Below, piece after piece: positions 35,287 through 48,019 of a stretch of DNA of 64,000 nucleotides. The position numbers and the translations under genes are program-made. Under the pieces are notes generated by a model. It saw only the letters and a program-made list of their open reading frames with translations, was not told the origin of the DNA and ran no database searches. Numbering within the stretch: the first letter of the stretch is position 1; each line of letters starts with the position of its first letter. The DNA is from Epithemia pelagica (taxonomy: Eukaryota; Protista; Bacillariophyta), in the NCBI GenBank assembly GCA_946965045.2, contig OX337239.1, positions 62,001 to 126,000 of the forward strand, read 5' to 3'.

Positions 35287-37429
35287 GTTGAGAATGCACA
35301 ATTGGTTGCTACTATTGGTATTGTGTGCGGTGGTACAATAGGAATTTGATGGATCACACGTTTGAGGTGGAAACGAAATCGACAGTATACACACGCTTGG
35401 CACGAAGTTTCATGGATACGAGTCGCACATACTCTACATGACAAGATCCTCCGTATCTTTCCACAAATCTTTTCGCGTTGTGTTGTTTTGTCCATGGCAA
35501 TCTCAAGAGAGAAACGAGTCCGCAAGACGAGTCAAAGTCTCCTTCTCGAAACAACGATCCGTTCCTAGCTATTCGTATCGCCACAGCGACTGATCCATGA
35601 CAACATCCTCGGTACACCGCATCGAATCCCAAGCCCCACACACTTTTTGGAACCACACATCCTGCTGTGCTACTGGTCGACGTCCTTGGCTCGCTATATC
35701 ACCTCTGTCTCCTCCGTGAAACGCTTTCGTCTTCACTGTCTGATGTGAGACACATGAATGAATGAATGCCAGCAGAATCTCACCACCACAACACAACCTC
35801 TGGAATACTATGCCGAGACGGAACGTCGTTCCGACAAGGTACACACAACAGGCCCGTATCAATCATTGGGCCACCCTGATCCAAGATTATGACTGAAGGA
35901 CCAAGATGGTACGACCCAAGATCATTGTCATTATATACGCGAGAACCCATTCGTATTCTCCCTTTCACGGACGCTTCATGGCTCCAGCTATTTACTTCGA
36001 CAAGGATACCAACGACAGTGAAGACAACTACCTTGATGGTGCAGCAAGAATGAAATTCACAAGAACACACATCCTAGAGTACCGCTAGTATCGCGACAAT
36101 CAGACCTCAATGACGATGGATCGATAATCTGGTCCCTGTCGACCAAATTCGTCCCCCCCAACTCTTTTGGTCCAGTGGCACCACGAATGATACCGATCCA
36201 CAACCAATCCAGACTTGAGGAACTCTAGGTGTGTCGTAGGAGTGTGCAGTCCATTGGACTGGTCGTCCTTCTCTCACCGAGCCAAAACGACAACCACAAC
36301 AACAGCTTGCAGGACTCGTACAATCTCTCCATGTCGACCGAAACCACGGCGACGGAACCAACAGGAGACATTAAGACCATGACTTTGTCGTGCCGTTCTT
36401 GTTCAACCATCATCCGCAAAAGACGCAACTGCACGAAAACACATTCCAATGACCGTCACAAGAGGAGACTGACATATGTGTGTTTCAAGAGTTACGTTTG
36501 GGTCCTTTCCACACACTGTGATGAGACACATGAATTGAATTCTGGACTCTCGTCAGAAACCGAGGCAGATGCACAACCGCAAAGACCATGAACAAGACAA
36601 GGAGATACAATCGATACTCTGTTCCCATGGTCCTCTCAAACGTGAGATTGAACCACAACAAGAGAATATCGGCAATGGATCCAAGCTTGGTTGTGGCGCA
36701 GGACCCGACAAACTCCACTCATGGTTCGTGTCCTTGGACGGACAGCAACCAGAATGCGTTCCACCCAAACCCTGGGTACACTAATGCTTACCTTTTTGTC
36801 TCTTGCACCATGTATATTTGCCCACTAACAGGGGGCGTGAGTTCTCTCAACCAGTGGAACGCCATGATCTATTACAATCCGAGGCATCCATCCAGATCAT
36901 GGACTAGCTAGATTCACGAACTGTCGACAAAGCCATCATTTGTGCAGAAATGAACTCCATGACGAGACAACCACAACAACAAAAAAGCAAAGGGAAATCA
37001 ACCATATGAGTCGTTTGTTCTTCTATCCCAGGGATGCACCCAGGTGTGATTCTACGGACAAGAGGTTGTCTTGGAGAAACAAACCAAAGCAAGAAACGTC
37101 AATTTGTGCTGTTGCCTTACACAAGGGAGATGGGTTATACGAGAGTACCCACCAAAAGATTCCAGGCAACAATCCTTGCACCTGTCTGCATTTGTAAGAT
37201 CACCTACCATCGTTCTGTAGGATGGTTCGAGAGAGCATGGTATTAGTCGTAAAGATTTCATAGTAGCGAGAAACTGTGAGAGGCTCCTCGCCTTTGGAAC
37301 AATCCTCAAGGACCATTCGACATCCAACAAGCACATGTGTAAAACAGTTTCTTTCTACTTGTGAGCTCCGATTCACTACAAGGATTGCAATGGAATAGAA
37401 AACAAGTCATTCATTCAAAACTAAGCATC

Positions 37430-38419
37430 TATGCTTCATCCTGCCCGTTGTCACCATGGCATGTATTGGGCCTTGCTAGTTTGCGAGCTCCAAGCGTGGT
37501 TGCGGCGAGTATATCCAAGACATGCACCGTATATGTTCGTGTCGCCCCGTCACCACCAGACACGATCCCACGGCTTTTGTGTACTGCGGAACACTGTGTG
37601 GTTGTAGGTCCGACCGGAAGTACCAACTCCGAGTGAGTGGTCCAACCAGCAGACAAGGAGGAACGGACAGAAGAAGCAGTCTCATCCCTTGTCGTTTCCG
37701 TGTCACAAGGCAAAGCAAAAGTCTCAATACTCCACCGACCGATTGGTGCAGCCTCCAAGGACGAATAGGCGGTGACCAAGGACCGCACTGCCACAGCATG
37801 ATCGAGGAAACGTCGTCATGGGTGATCCCCAAGTGAGTCTGTGAGTCCTGGTATCCAAAATCTCAACGGATGAAGAAGCCGGGCCTTGTGACCAGCTCTT
37901 TCCGCCCATGATGACACTGTAGCGATTGTGAACTGCGTCCGCACAACATGCTTGTCGTTGCGCCAATCATCGACAGTTTCAGGTCGTCCATTGAATCTGT
38001 TTTGGACTGCTGCTTCTTGTCCAAGATGATTGCAGCAAATCATCCACGCCAATGCGTTCCATAGTTTCGTGCCATGAAAAAGTTTCCTCCCACGACAGAA
38101 ACGCCTCCTGTATTACACAAAGCAGCGGCATGTCCTGTACGAGTCTTGTTCCTGGGTGACCCGTCTCGCCACTGCTTGTTTGGTTCTGCTACATTCAATA
38201 CCAGAACAGAGTTGACATAGCGCTTTGCTCTGGATATCCTCCCATCACAACGACCACCGTTTGTGCCTTGTTGTTGTCGTCGTTCGTGTGGTTGTTGCGA
38301 TGATTGAGTACGACCGATACATGCTCGAAAGTAGGCCAGTCACTTGTATTCCATTCGGCTGTCTCTTCCAGAACAAGGCCCGATTGCCATGCAGTGTCAT
38401 TCTCGTTTGGAGAATGCAC
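37430..38419 (-). pseudogene. Kelch family B copy 2, heavily degenerate
   Basis: Fragments in several frames: QSGLVLEETAEWNTSDW...VVVVMGG; AVHNRYSVIMGG...SVEILDT..GSP..PR..CGSAVLGHRLFVLGG; AVGSCLVV. Confidence 0.75.
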
Positions 38420-39360
38420 AATTTGTTTGGTAGTACATTGGAATCAAACTCACACACACACACGTAGTCTAGGTGTTGCTGAGGTTGATGGAACTCGACA
38501 GCGTGTCTGTCAGGCGTACGCTTGGCACGAAGTTTCGTGGATTCTAGTCGCACATAATATACATGACATAGCTTTCGACCAATCTTTTTTTGGGAACAAC
38601 AGGATCCTCCGCATCTTTCCGGACACATCTTTTTTGTGGCAGCCACCAGGCATCACTGCAACACATCAGGTAGTATTCGACACATCCTCCATTCGGCACA
38701 ACCGCAGCCATCGTCATTGGATCCATCCGGAGATGTATCGTTGCGTGTGTCATTGACTCACGCGGCTCTCGTTGGTGTGTATGACAATGATGGAAAAGCG
38801 GTGCGTTCGTGTCCTGTTGCTAATCGCGAAGAAAGTGGAGAGCGAGGGGATTCCAATTGGCGAAAGCGAAACGACCATGACCACCCTGCATGTCATGCCT
38901 TTCCCATGTTTGGACAAGCACGAGCTAGAATGAGACTAGCGAACACGAAGAAACCAAGGTCCTCTTTCCAGTTTTCGACCAAATGGACGAAGGATGTTGA
39001 GTCTTGCTTCTTCCCCAGAGGTGCGAGTGGACCCCATGTGTCCGTTTGGACAGCGATGAGCGACGAGGGTCGACCGATGGTCGTCCTCGCACGACACAAA
39101 ATCCTCGTTCTAGCGCGTAGAGAATGAAACACTACAGCGAGAGGGACGGAACCGATGCATCAGCCGTGGATGTCATGGGACCGAAAAGCAGTCACCATTC
39201 GTTGTTCAAGCTCCAAGGAATACCAACTTTCCAAATCAATCAACAGGGCCACAACAACACCACAACACAACGACCGGCAAGGACCATTAAAAACCAGACT
39301 GAGGCACACGAATCCTCCTGGAGTAAAAAACACACACACAACAGAGAAGGAAACGGCAAT

Positions 39361-42300
39361 ATGAAACCGCTTGGCAAGGACTGGACAGTTCGTGTCACAT
39401 GGTGCATTTTGTATTCCCTACTGCTGGCGGGCAAGAAGGGTGCCTCGGCGTCGGTCGCCGCCAAGTCTCAGTTTCATGGAGGCGTTCGTGGTTCCAGAGC
39501 ATTGCCCGTGTGGCCCTCTTCTTCTTCGTCTTCTTCTTCTACTACGACTAGTGGGAATCTCGTGTCGTCCTTGGAGGCCGCTACCGAGCAACCGAATGCG
39601 ACGGCTCCGACTCCACGGTTTCATCCGGCTCCTGGTCCATCCGCATGGCACCCTGTAATTCATCGACAATTGCACATGCCCGACTTTGTGCCCCTGAGCT
39701 GCAATGGCAATCTTCGAGACGCGCCATGCCACTCGTGGTCGTCGACATTTGGGTCTCGGGCCGTCTTTGACGAACGACTCGTAATCGAGTGTGGAACCTG
39801 TGTCGAACTGGATCCCCTTTTGGATGCCAATGTGCCCCCCAAAGTAACGTTTGTCGACGGCTTGGACATTCGAGGCCGGTTCCTCATGAAACACAAGGTG
39901 GAAATTGCCTTTTATACGCCACTCATTGTCGTGCAAGGAGAATGGATTGTCTTGGCCCGACAAGCCGTGACGGGAACACCCTCGGTACGGGTCGTCCTGA
40001 CGGGAGACGACGACACTCAATTCTTTGAACCCATTCACGAAAATGCCAACAAGTGCGAAGGCAATCTGTGCCAGGTCGGCCCCAAGGCGATTACCATTGC
40101 CGGTGGACGCATTCGAGGTAAGCCGATACCTGTATCTACACGACGACATGTTGGAGGAACGCACCGTGGTATGACTCACTGTTTGCCTTGGGTGTGTTGC
40201 ATCGTGGAACCACTCTCTCTATCTACATACACAGCTCGTGGATTGCCCAACGACACACCAACCTGGACCAAACTCCACACGGTGCATCGCGCCATGGAGA
40301 GTCCTGGATCGCATGGTCCCCCGTTCCATCCGTATAATGCCCCACCCATGGACGCAGGTTGCAATGCCAATGGCACTTACTTTGGGATCAATTTCGTGGA
40401 GCAACCATCCGGCGACAACAATGACCATTGTCCAAGTGGTGACGAATTCCATGTCACACCTGGTTCCAAAACCAGTTGCAGCAATAGCAATGACAACAAC
40501 ATGTTTCAAGTGGTGGATCGAACCTCGACACGTCATGGAATTCAATTGGATTTGAAACAGTTTCGTCATTGTCTCGAAACCACCAGAACCTATCTCTTGA
40601 CGATTCGTGTGCGCTTATATGACACCACCAATAACGACGACCATAACAATGGCTCGGTTCGGACGGAATGTGCCTTGTCCGAGAGTCAGTGCCTACGTGT
40701 CGAACACGAATACATGACGTCAGACTTTGAGCGAACGTGGTCTACCGTGTGGAACGAGCCCCAAGCCTTGAGGACGACCTATGGCACGGTCATTACCATT
40801 GTGACGGAACTCGAATTTGCCTCGACGGCACTCGACGCAACCAATGTTTATCAACTGTTGCGTCTCGTGGGACCCGGTGCTGGAGTGAATCTGCACGTGG
40901 AAGAATTCCATTTGTTCCTCCCCCCGGCCTCACTCTACAATCACGACCCTGCCTGTACGGGCAATGCCTTGCACCCATCCTCGGGGGATGCCGAGTCGGG
41001 AATCTACAGTCCCTTTCCATTGTATGTGACTCATGAGTGGATCTATGCCACCATTGAAGAAGATGCCGAGAGTGACAACCATTTTTTTCAAATTCGGGGT
41101 CGTACGAATCGTGATCGAGAAAAATCAGGACTGGCCTGGGATGTAAATCCCCACTGCTTGCAAGAAGGGGCCTATTTGCGGTAAGTTCATGGTCGATCCA
41201 CATTCTGGATGGATGTGCCTAGAGAGTTGGTTACTCATTCGTTTCTTGGTTGTACGCCGTGTACCATTCGTGTTTCACAGGTTCTCCGCCGACGTGCGGT
41301 TGGCAGCCGGCTCTTTAGAATCGGCAGTGTTGGTGTTGAAGCCTCGTTTGCTTGCCGAGTATACGTCCGGGGACGCGGCGGTTGCGGCAACTCTCGCCGA
41401 ATGTCCCCCTGTCACTCTGGATTCCGGGTGGACTGCTTGTTCGGGCTTTTGGATTGTCACTTCGGAGTTTACCGGTGGAGATTTGATATCCAAGCTCCAA
41501 GTGGAACTGGGTGCCACAGCCTTTTTGGATTTTGACTTGGACAATATCTCTGTTGTCATCGACGGCGGTGACCCGAATATACTGATTCTGGACCAATCGG
41601 TAGAGAATAAGTGGATGCCTGGATCGGAAGTTTTGGTGACAAGTCATACACCCGACTGGGATGGACATCAAGTGCGGGTGATCCAAGACGTGTTGCCACA
41701 CACGGCAGATCCCAGCTTTGTCCAATTGAAACTAGACTCACCCATTCCTCGACCCACCACGGTCTTGGAGGATGCCAGGTTTGCGGTGGAAGTTGCTCTC
41801 CTTTCACGCAACATTGTCTTTGAAGGTGAGGCGTCCGAGACGAGACCCTTGGTCGGGGGACATTTGTGGTTCTTGCACACCCCCCTTGTCAATCAATACA
41901 TTGAGGGTATTGACATTCGAAATTTTGGTCAACAAGGAATACTGGGACGATACCCCATTCACTTTCATTTCTGCGGTGATAGCAGCGCTGCCCTCGTTTC
42001 CAAAAATACGATACGCCACTCCAACCAACGAGCCATTGTGATTCACGGGACGCACAATGTCAAAGTGCATGAAAATGTCGTTTTTGATACCAAGGGTCAT
42101 GCCATTATGCTGGAAGATGGATTTGAAACGGGGAATGAATTTGTTCGGAATCTTGGGGCCTCTACGGGAGCCGTCCAACAGGTCATTCCGAACAATGGAT
42201 TCAATGGAGACGAAACGGATTTGGCACCCGCCACCTTTTGGATATCCAACCCCTCAAATCGCTGGATTGGCAATGTTGCGGCGGGGTCGGAAAGCTCGGG

Positions 42301-45152
42301 GTTTTGGTTCGAGTTGAGGTTGCGTGGAACCATGGCTAGTATGCTGGAAGATGATGTGAATCCACGTTCCATGCCATTGGGTATCTTTGAGGACAATGTG
42401 GCCCACAGCAATCGCGATGTACGTTCTTCGTCTCTAGTACGAGCTGGTAATCAAAGCGCTTGGATCTCTCTCACCTCTTGGTTGTTACTTGTTCTTTCTC
42501 CCTCAGCGCGGTCTACGAACGTATCCTCGAGGATACATTCCAGATGGCACGGCAAGTTTTGTGGGGTTCAGTTCCTATCGGAACAATCACAAAGGTTTGT
42601 TCTTTCATCAAACCGAAAATATTGCAATTATCAACAGCACGTTTGCAGACAATGGTGTCGCCCTGGATTTGGACATGGCAGAAGAAATTACCTTGTCCAA
42701 TGTGACGATTCTAGGAACAACAAGTGGATATAATGAGTTGGTAGAATTTCACTCTGCTCCATCTCAATGCAGGTTCCAGAATGCATTAGTGGGAATGGAA
42801 ATCCATACGTTTGTACGCAAGGCGGAGAACAATGGAGCCATAATTCAAAATGTCACGTTTGAGGGCTTCGAAGAAAATTCCTGTGACCAAGTGTCCCACA
42901 TCAAGCTGGATGATGATGTAAGTGAAATGATTGCTCCGCAGATTGTGCAAAAACAGCACTTGCTCACACTTTTGTTGCATCAGACAAACACTGGTATGTT
43001 TGATTGGTTCACAACGTTCGAGGATGTGCATATTGAGGACGAAGCTCCCTTGTTTGATTTTTGCCCCGCCGATGAAGTTGGTGTGCATTCGTATTTGATT
43101 GATTTGGATGGAAGCCTTCGCGAGACGGGAAGTGGACCGGGTTCACTTATTAGCATACCATTGATGGACTTTGTGCATCCCTCGGAATGTCAGATTCGTG
43201 AGGAAGGATGCTATGCGTATTGTGAATCATGTTTTCGCACCATGCGGTTGGATGTTGACCCCTCCGCAAGTGAGGACATTATGCTTCAGGTATGCAGCAG
43301 CATGGGAGCACCTTGTGTAATGCTTCGTGGACACAAGAATCCCTATGCAGACCCCCATGATGCCGATAATCATCGTGTTTTCAATGCTCATCTTCCTCAG
43401 GGAAGCTATGATGCCCTTTTCCTGAATGGAGCTGGTGAAGAGATTTGGCCCAGTTTTGTTATATCTGTGTTGGAAGACCAATTATGCCCTCAGAGTTTTG
43501 AAGAGCAAGACTTTCAATTAAACATCCCCGAAGTTGACTTGTCGTCAGAGGAATGTACTGAGTTGATCACCGATGGCAATGCCGAATCATTGGATGGTTG
43601 GCTGGAACGAGCTGGTCTCTTGACGATCGTGCCCAATGGCGGAATGGGAGGTTCCAGCACCATTTCGGATGCTCCTGTCTCCAGCGAACGCGAGGAAGTA
43701 GTGCAATTCTTGGACACTCGGTGTATTTCAGTTATGGAGGGTCGATCCTTTCAAGTTCGTGCGTGGGTAAAGCTCATGGCGGACGACTCTACAATGACAA
43801 GTTCACTCTGTGACGGATACGGCAATGAATGCCCCGAAGTTCGCATCAAATCCTTGTCACGAACCCACGCCTCGGTAGCGACCCTTGTACCCACCCGACA
43901 GGGGAACGAGGAAGCTGACTTTCAGTTGCTCCATGGAGTATTCCATGTGGACTCAGAAACGGCAAACAGCGACGTGGTTGAATTTATCATTCGACGAAAC
44001 CGCGACGATGTTGTGGCCATGTACATTGACAATGTTTCCATGACACCACTCCCTGCCCTTGAGTTTGCCAATGCTGAATGCAAGCAAGAGTTGGTGGAGA
44101 ATGGGGATTTTGCGTTTGGCGATGGTACATTTTGGTCTGAGAGTACGGCGGCCATGTCCATTGTGAGACATGACGTTGAAAAGTACCGATTGGTCTTGTC
44201 GCCCAACGGGTTTGGCCAAGTGTTTTTGAAATCGGATTGTTTTGATGTGGGAAAGCGTTATGAGGTTCGAATTCAATTCCTGCTGATGGACAACAATGGT
44301 CATTTCGTTGAATGTGATGCCACGGGCAAGCAGCTAGAAGGGATTGCTTGCCCTTCGGCCCGATTGTTGGCGTATCAAGGCCGGGAGTTGTTGGGAGCAC
44401 CGCAACGGGTGGTTCAACCTCTAGAAGTTGTCGCGCAGGCCGCCACGAACACTTTGTATGGTGTTTTTGTGGCGACTCAAGAACATGTTGATGCAGACCG
44501 TGTCATGTTGCGTTTGGAGTATCTGAACCACCCGTACATGTACCACATTGATTCCGTGTCGGTCTCCTTTTTGCCCAGGGACTGCAGCAAGCATGTCCTT
44601 CTCAATAGTGACATGGGAATGGGCGTTACATCGTTCTGGACAGCGATTGGCTCCGGTTCGGTGGAATGGATTCCAGAAGGATATCCATCCTTGTCGGGTT
44701 CTTCGTCTTCGGGCGCTCTGTTCGCTCATGGTCGAGAACGATCGGGTCACGTTGTGCGGTACAATACAGCAAACTTTCTGGACGAACGGTGCGTGAGTGC
44801 ATCTTCAACATGGGAAGTGAGTGCTCAAATACAAGTATTGGATGAGCAAGAGGAATTCATCTCTTGCAACAGTGACCCCACAACGGCGTCCCGGTTGGAG
44901 GATGCATGTCCCCACGTTTGTATTCAAATTCGGGATGGCGTAGATGCAAGTGAAGTCTGGAATGTGCAAGTCATGGAGTATGTTCAGTCCGAATGGACGG
45001 TGGGCGACTGGAACGAGTTTCGTACCCGCGTGACACTTCCCAGTACCTTGAATGACCATGTTGTGACAGCGAGTTCGATTTTTATCCAAATCTGTAACTT
45101 TCCCTATACAATGAGCGTGATGGTGGATGACTTTGTCATTGAACGACTCTAG
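39361..45152 (+). CDS. Large secreted G8/parallel beta-helix protein (CEMIP/TMEM2/PKHD1-like) with several CBM4/9-like repeats; join(39361..40117,40235..41180,41281..42418,42507..42917,42984..45152), ~1806 aa
   Basis: Four GT..AG introns with consistent phases join the ORFs. Motifs: EVALLSRNI, GQQGILGRYPIHFH, SNQRAIVIHGT, GHAIMLEDG.E, D..PATFWISNP.N...GNVAAGS. Repeats begin ELITDGNAES, ELVENGDF and VLLNSDM. An upstream in-frame ATG at 39124 is an alternative start. Confidence 0.85.
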
Positions 45153-46108
45153 TCAAGTGAGAGGAAGGTTGTTTTGTTGGAACTGGTTCCATTTGTATGT
45201 CTAATTGAGTGGAATTCATAAACGCTTCTTCTCTGTGGATGGACAAATGTTCATAAGGTAATGATGGGCGATACTCCTGTATGAGCATTACTCGGAGTAG
45301 GTATTAGACAGTCCTATCGGCGTAACAGGTGCAATAAAAAGTTGATGTATTAAATTACGGAGCATCGCGGGGCGTTAGGTGGTCGGTGTTCACATTCTGC
45401 TTTCTAGCATAGATCGCAAGTAGTTCCATCTCTCACCGCAACTCCATGATAGGGATCAGGCTCACGTCATGACTGTTAGAGGTATAGCGAGAGATTTTCT
45501 CAAACAATGCCAGTACTGTAGAGTGCAAGTACGTAGACCATTCTCTATTCTTCCACATGCGACACTTTGTCGAGGAGATGCGGTCCGAAGTGCCCACCAC
45601 AGCTGCAACGGCTCCCTTTGTGGCCCATTAACCAAACTAAGGTAGAAACCAGCAAACAACAAAACGAAACAGATTGGGGTGTAGTTTTGTATTGTATTGT
45701 TGTATCAACCAAACCGTCGTAGTAGTCGCATAGAAGAAGAACCAACCCATGCACGAAGGTGTGCTATTCATTATGATTTAGAATCTTGTTGTTGTGTCGT
45801 CGTCATCGACTTGCTCTTTGTTCTTGTCGTCGTCGTCGTCTTGGTTGTGATTGGACCGCCCGACGGTTGATTGTTGAGTAGTTGCGCTGTGTTGCTGCCT
45901 TCGACCCTCGAGGTACGTGCAACAATGCCCCGACGGTGGGTGTTGCTGCCCTCGAACGGTTGATTGTTGCGTTCGTATAAACCGACCCCGCTGCCTCGCA
46001 CCTCGAGGGTCCGATCGCCAAACAACACGAAACGCCAACAACAACAACACGCAACAATCCAACACGCACAAAAACAAAATACGATTGACCAAAAAAATAC
46101 GATTGACC

Positions 46109-46600
46109 ATGATGTTGTGTGATTGTGATTACTGTTACGAAAAGATGATCAGCTCCGAATGGGCTCTGTTAGTTGCTCCTTTTGTGACTCTCATACTGAG
46201 TTACGGTGTCGCTGATGTCCTCGATGAGGCGAAACTTATCGTTTCGGGTCATTTTCAACAAGAAAAGTCGTACTACAAGTAGCGAGCACGCGGAGCTTCG
46301 ACACGAACATGCGGAGCTTCGACAGCTTCGACACGACAAAGCTCAGCTTCAACAACAGCTGGCCATTGCCGAAGCAAAGCTTGCTGCGAAGAACTGCAAG
46401 AATGGTCGGCAGGAAGATGGAGAGATGGAGATTCGCGATCGCGAGGAGGCGGTCGACGTCGACACTGTTGCTGTTCTGCCTTGCGAGTTCGACGCTGACT
46501 TGGACTTCCCTCCTCTCGCACTCGCAGACGATCTCGAGGACGACGAGGAGACCCCTCTGGTTCCAGTCGACCGTCCTGAGCCTGAACCCGCGCTCATCCC

Positions 46601-46632
<32 letters not shown>

Positions 46633-47057
46633 TCACTTTGGGGCACGACTCACCCCCTAGAAATTCCACCCCTTCTTCCATGGTCGCCACCCCTCCTTCT
46701 CCCACCCCCACCCAAAACGATACCTCGCCTCACATCGATGAGAATGCCCCCCAAAGCGTGATCGAGAGTTCCTCCGGCCCCGAGGACTCCCCGCGTTTGG
46801 GCAGGATCCTTGTTGTTGCCTACTCCAAAAAGGCACGCCGAATGGTGCACGTTCGACGATCCGCTCGTCTTTTGTCCGCGGGTACGGGTAGTGGTGCTGT
46901 TGAAAACAATCCAAAAAATCCAAAAAATCCAAAAAACCCAGAAAAAGCAAAAAAATCCAAAAAACCCAGAAAAAGCAAAAAAATCCAAAAATCCCAGAAA
47001 AAAACATGTCGGTTGTCGGTTGCTGGTGGTACGTGCGAACAGTCGTGTCGGTTATGA
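46109..47057 (+). other. Possible coding region: short hydrophobic ORF (46109-46282) overlapping a coiled-coil/acidic ORF ending in RRSARL and K/P-rich repeats
   Basis: ORFs are from the track. Internal gagcttcgaca repeats, a ccaaaaaat-type tandem at ~46910-47000, and a duplicated aaaatacgattgacc directly before ATG 46109. No recognisable family. Confidence 0.35.
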
Positions 47058-47450
47058 ATCTTTCCTACTCAATACTCAACCTACTCACTCAATACCCCTT
47101 ACCGATTGCTAAATTTTACTCCTACTCCTACATCAGCTGAGTCTAGCTAGAGTCCTTGTCGGAGACGTCCTTGTTGGTGGTCCTTGTTGGTGTGTCCGTT
47201 CGGTCGGTGTTATCACAAAACCCTGGTGACATGAGGACTTGTCCTTGTGTTACCAGGTATCTGGTACGGAGACTTTGGTCTCTGTGCCAGATAGAGATTA
47301 GGGCTACCTCTTGATTAGCCAGCAACGAGTTAGAGGCTCCTCTGATTGCTTCAGGAGTTACATACAATACGGCGTGGGGTGTGCCATATAGTTGCATGAC
47401 AGGCGTCCATTGACGTCCTGTCGCCTCCACCGTTCAAATTGTATGTACTC

Positions 47451-47569
47451 CTAGAGATTCGGGCTACCTCTTGATTAGCCTAGAGATCCGGGCTACCTCT
47501 TGATTAGCCTAGAGATTCGGGCTACCTCTTGATTAGCCTAGAGATTCGGGCTACCTCTTGATTAGCCTA
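47451..47569. repeat. Minisatellite, 29-bp unit x4, inside a ~150-bp diverged direct repeat
   Basis: ctagagat(t/c)cgggctacctcttgattagc at 47451, 47480, 47509 and 47538. Segments ~47292-47443 and ~47540-47670 are homologous. Confidence 0.9.
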
Positions 47570-48019
47570 CCCTTTACGAGTTTGGGGGCTCCTCTGATTA
47601 GCCTCTGGGGTGTGCCATAGTGCCTGTCAGGCATCCATTGATGTCCTGTCGCCTCACCCGTTCATTGTACAGCCGCGTTGACGTCGCGAGCGGGCTTTCC
47701 ACCAAGAGCTGTACGCACAAGAGACTATCTGGCCTGTCTGGTTCCGAGTTGTCGTGGTGGCTTTGCCTTCCGTTCGATCCAAAGGGCGGACAAACACAGG
47801 TATGGAGAAAGAAGAAAACAGTACCGTTTGACACGCACAAGACATCTTCGTTCGTTCGGGACGGTCATGGCCATGAGAAGAGTGCTTTGCAGTCAATCTA
47901 GGACTTGTGTATGTGAACACACACCTCATAACGTTTATACAGCGAAGGATCGTAGAGGTCGGAGACACGTACAGTGATGAGTGGTTGGGTCGATCGGTCC
48001 TTGTCGACACAAAGTATTA

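Noticed and set aside
47451-47569. 29-bp repeats as a CRISPR array
   Set aside because: The units are directly adjacent with no spacers, there are no cas genes, and the context is eukaryotic. It is a minisatellite.
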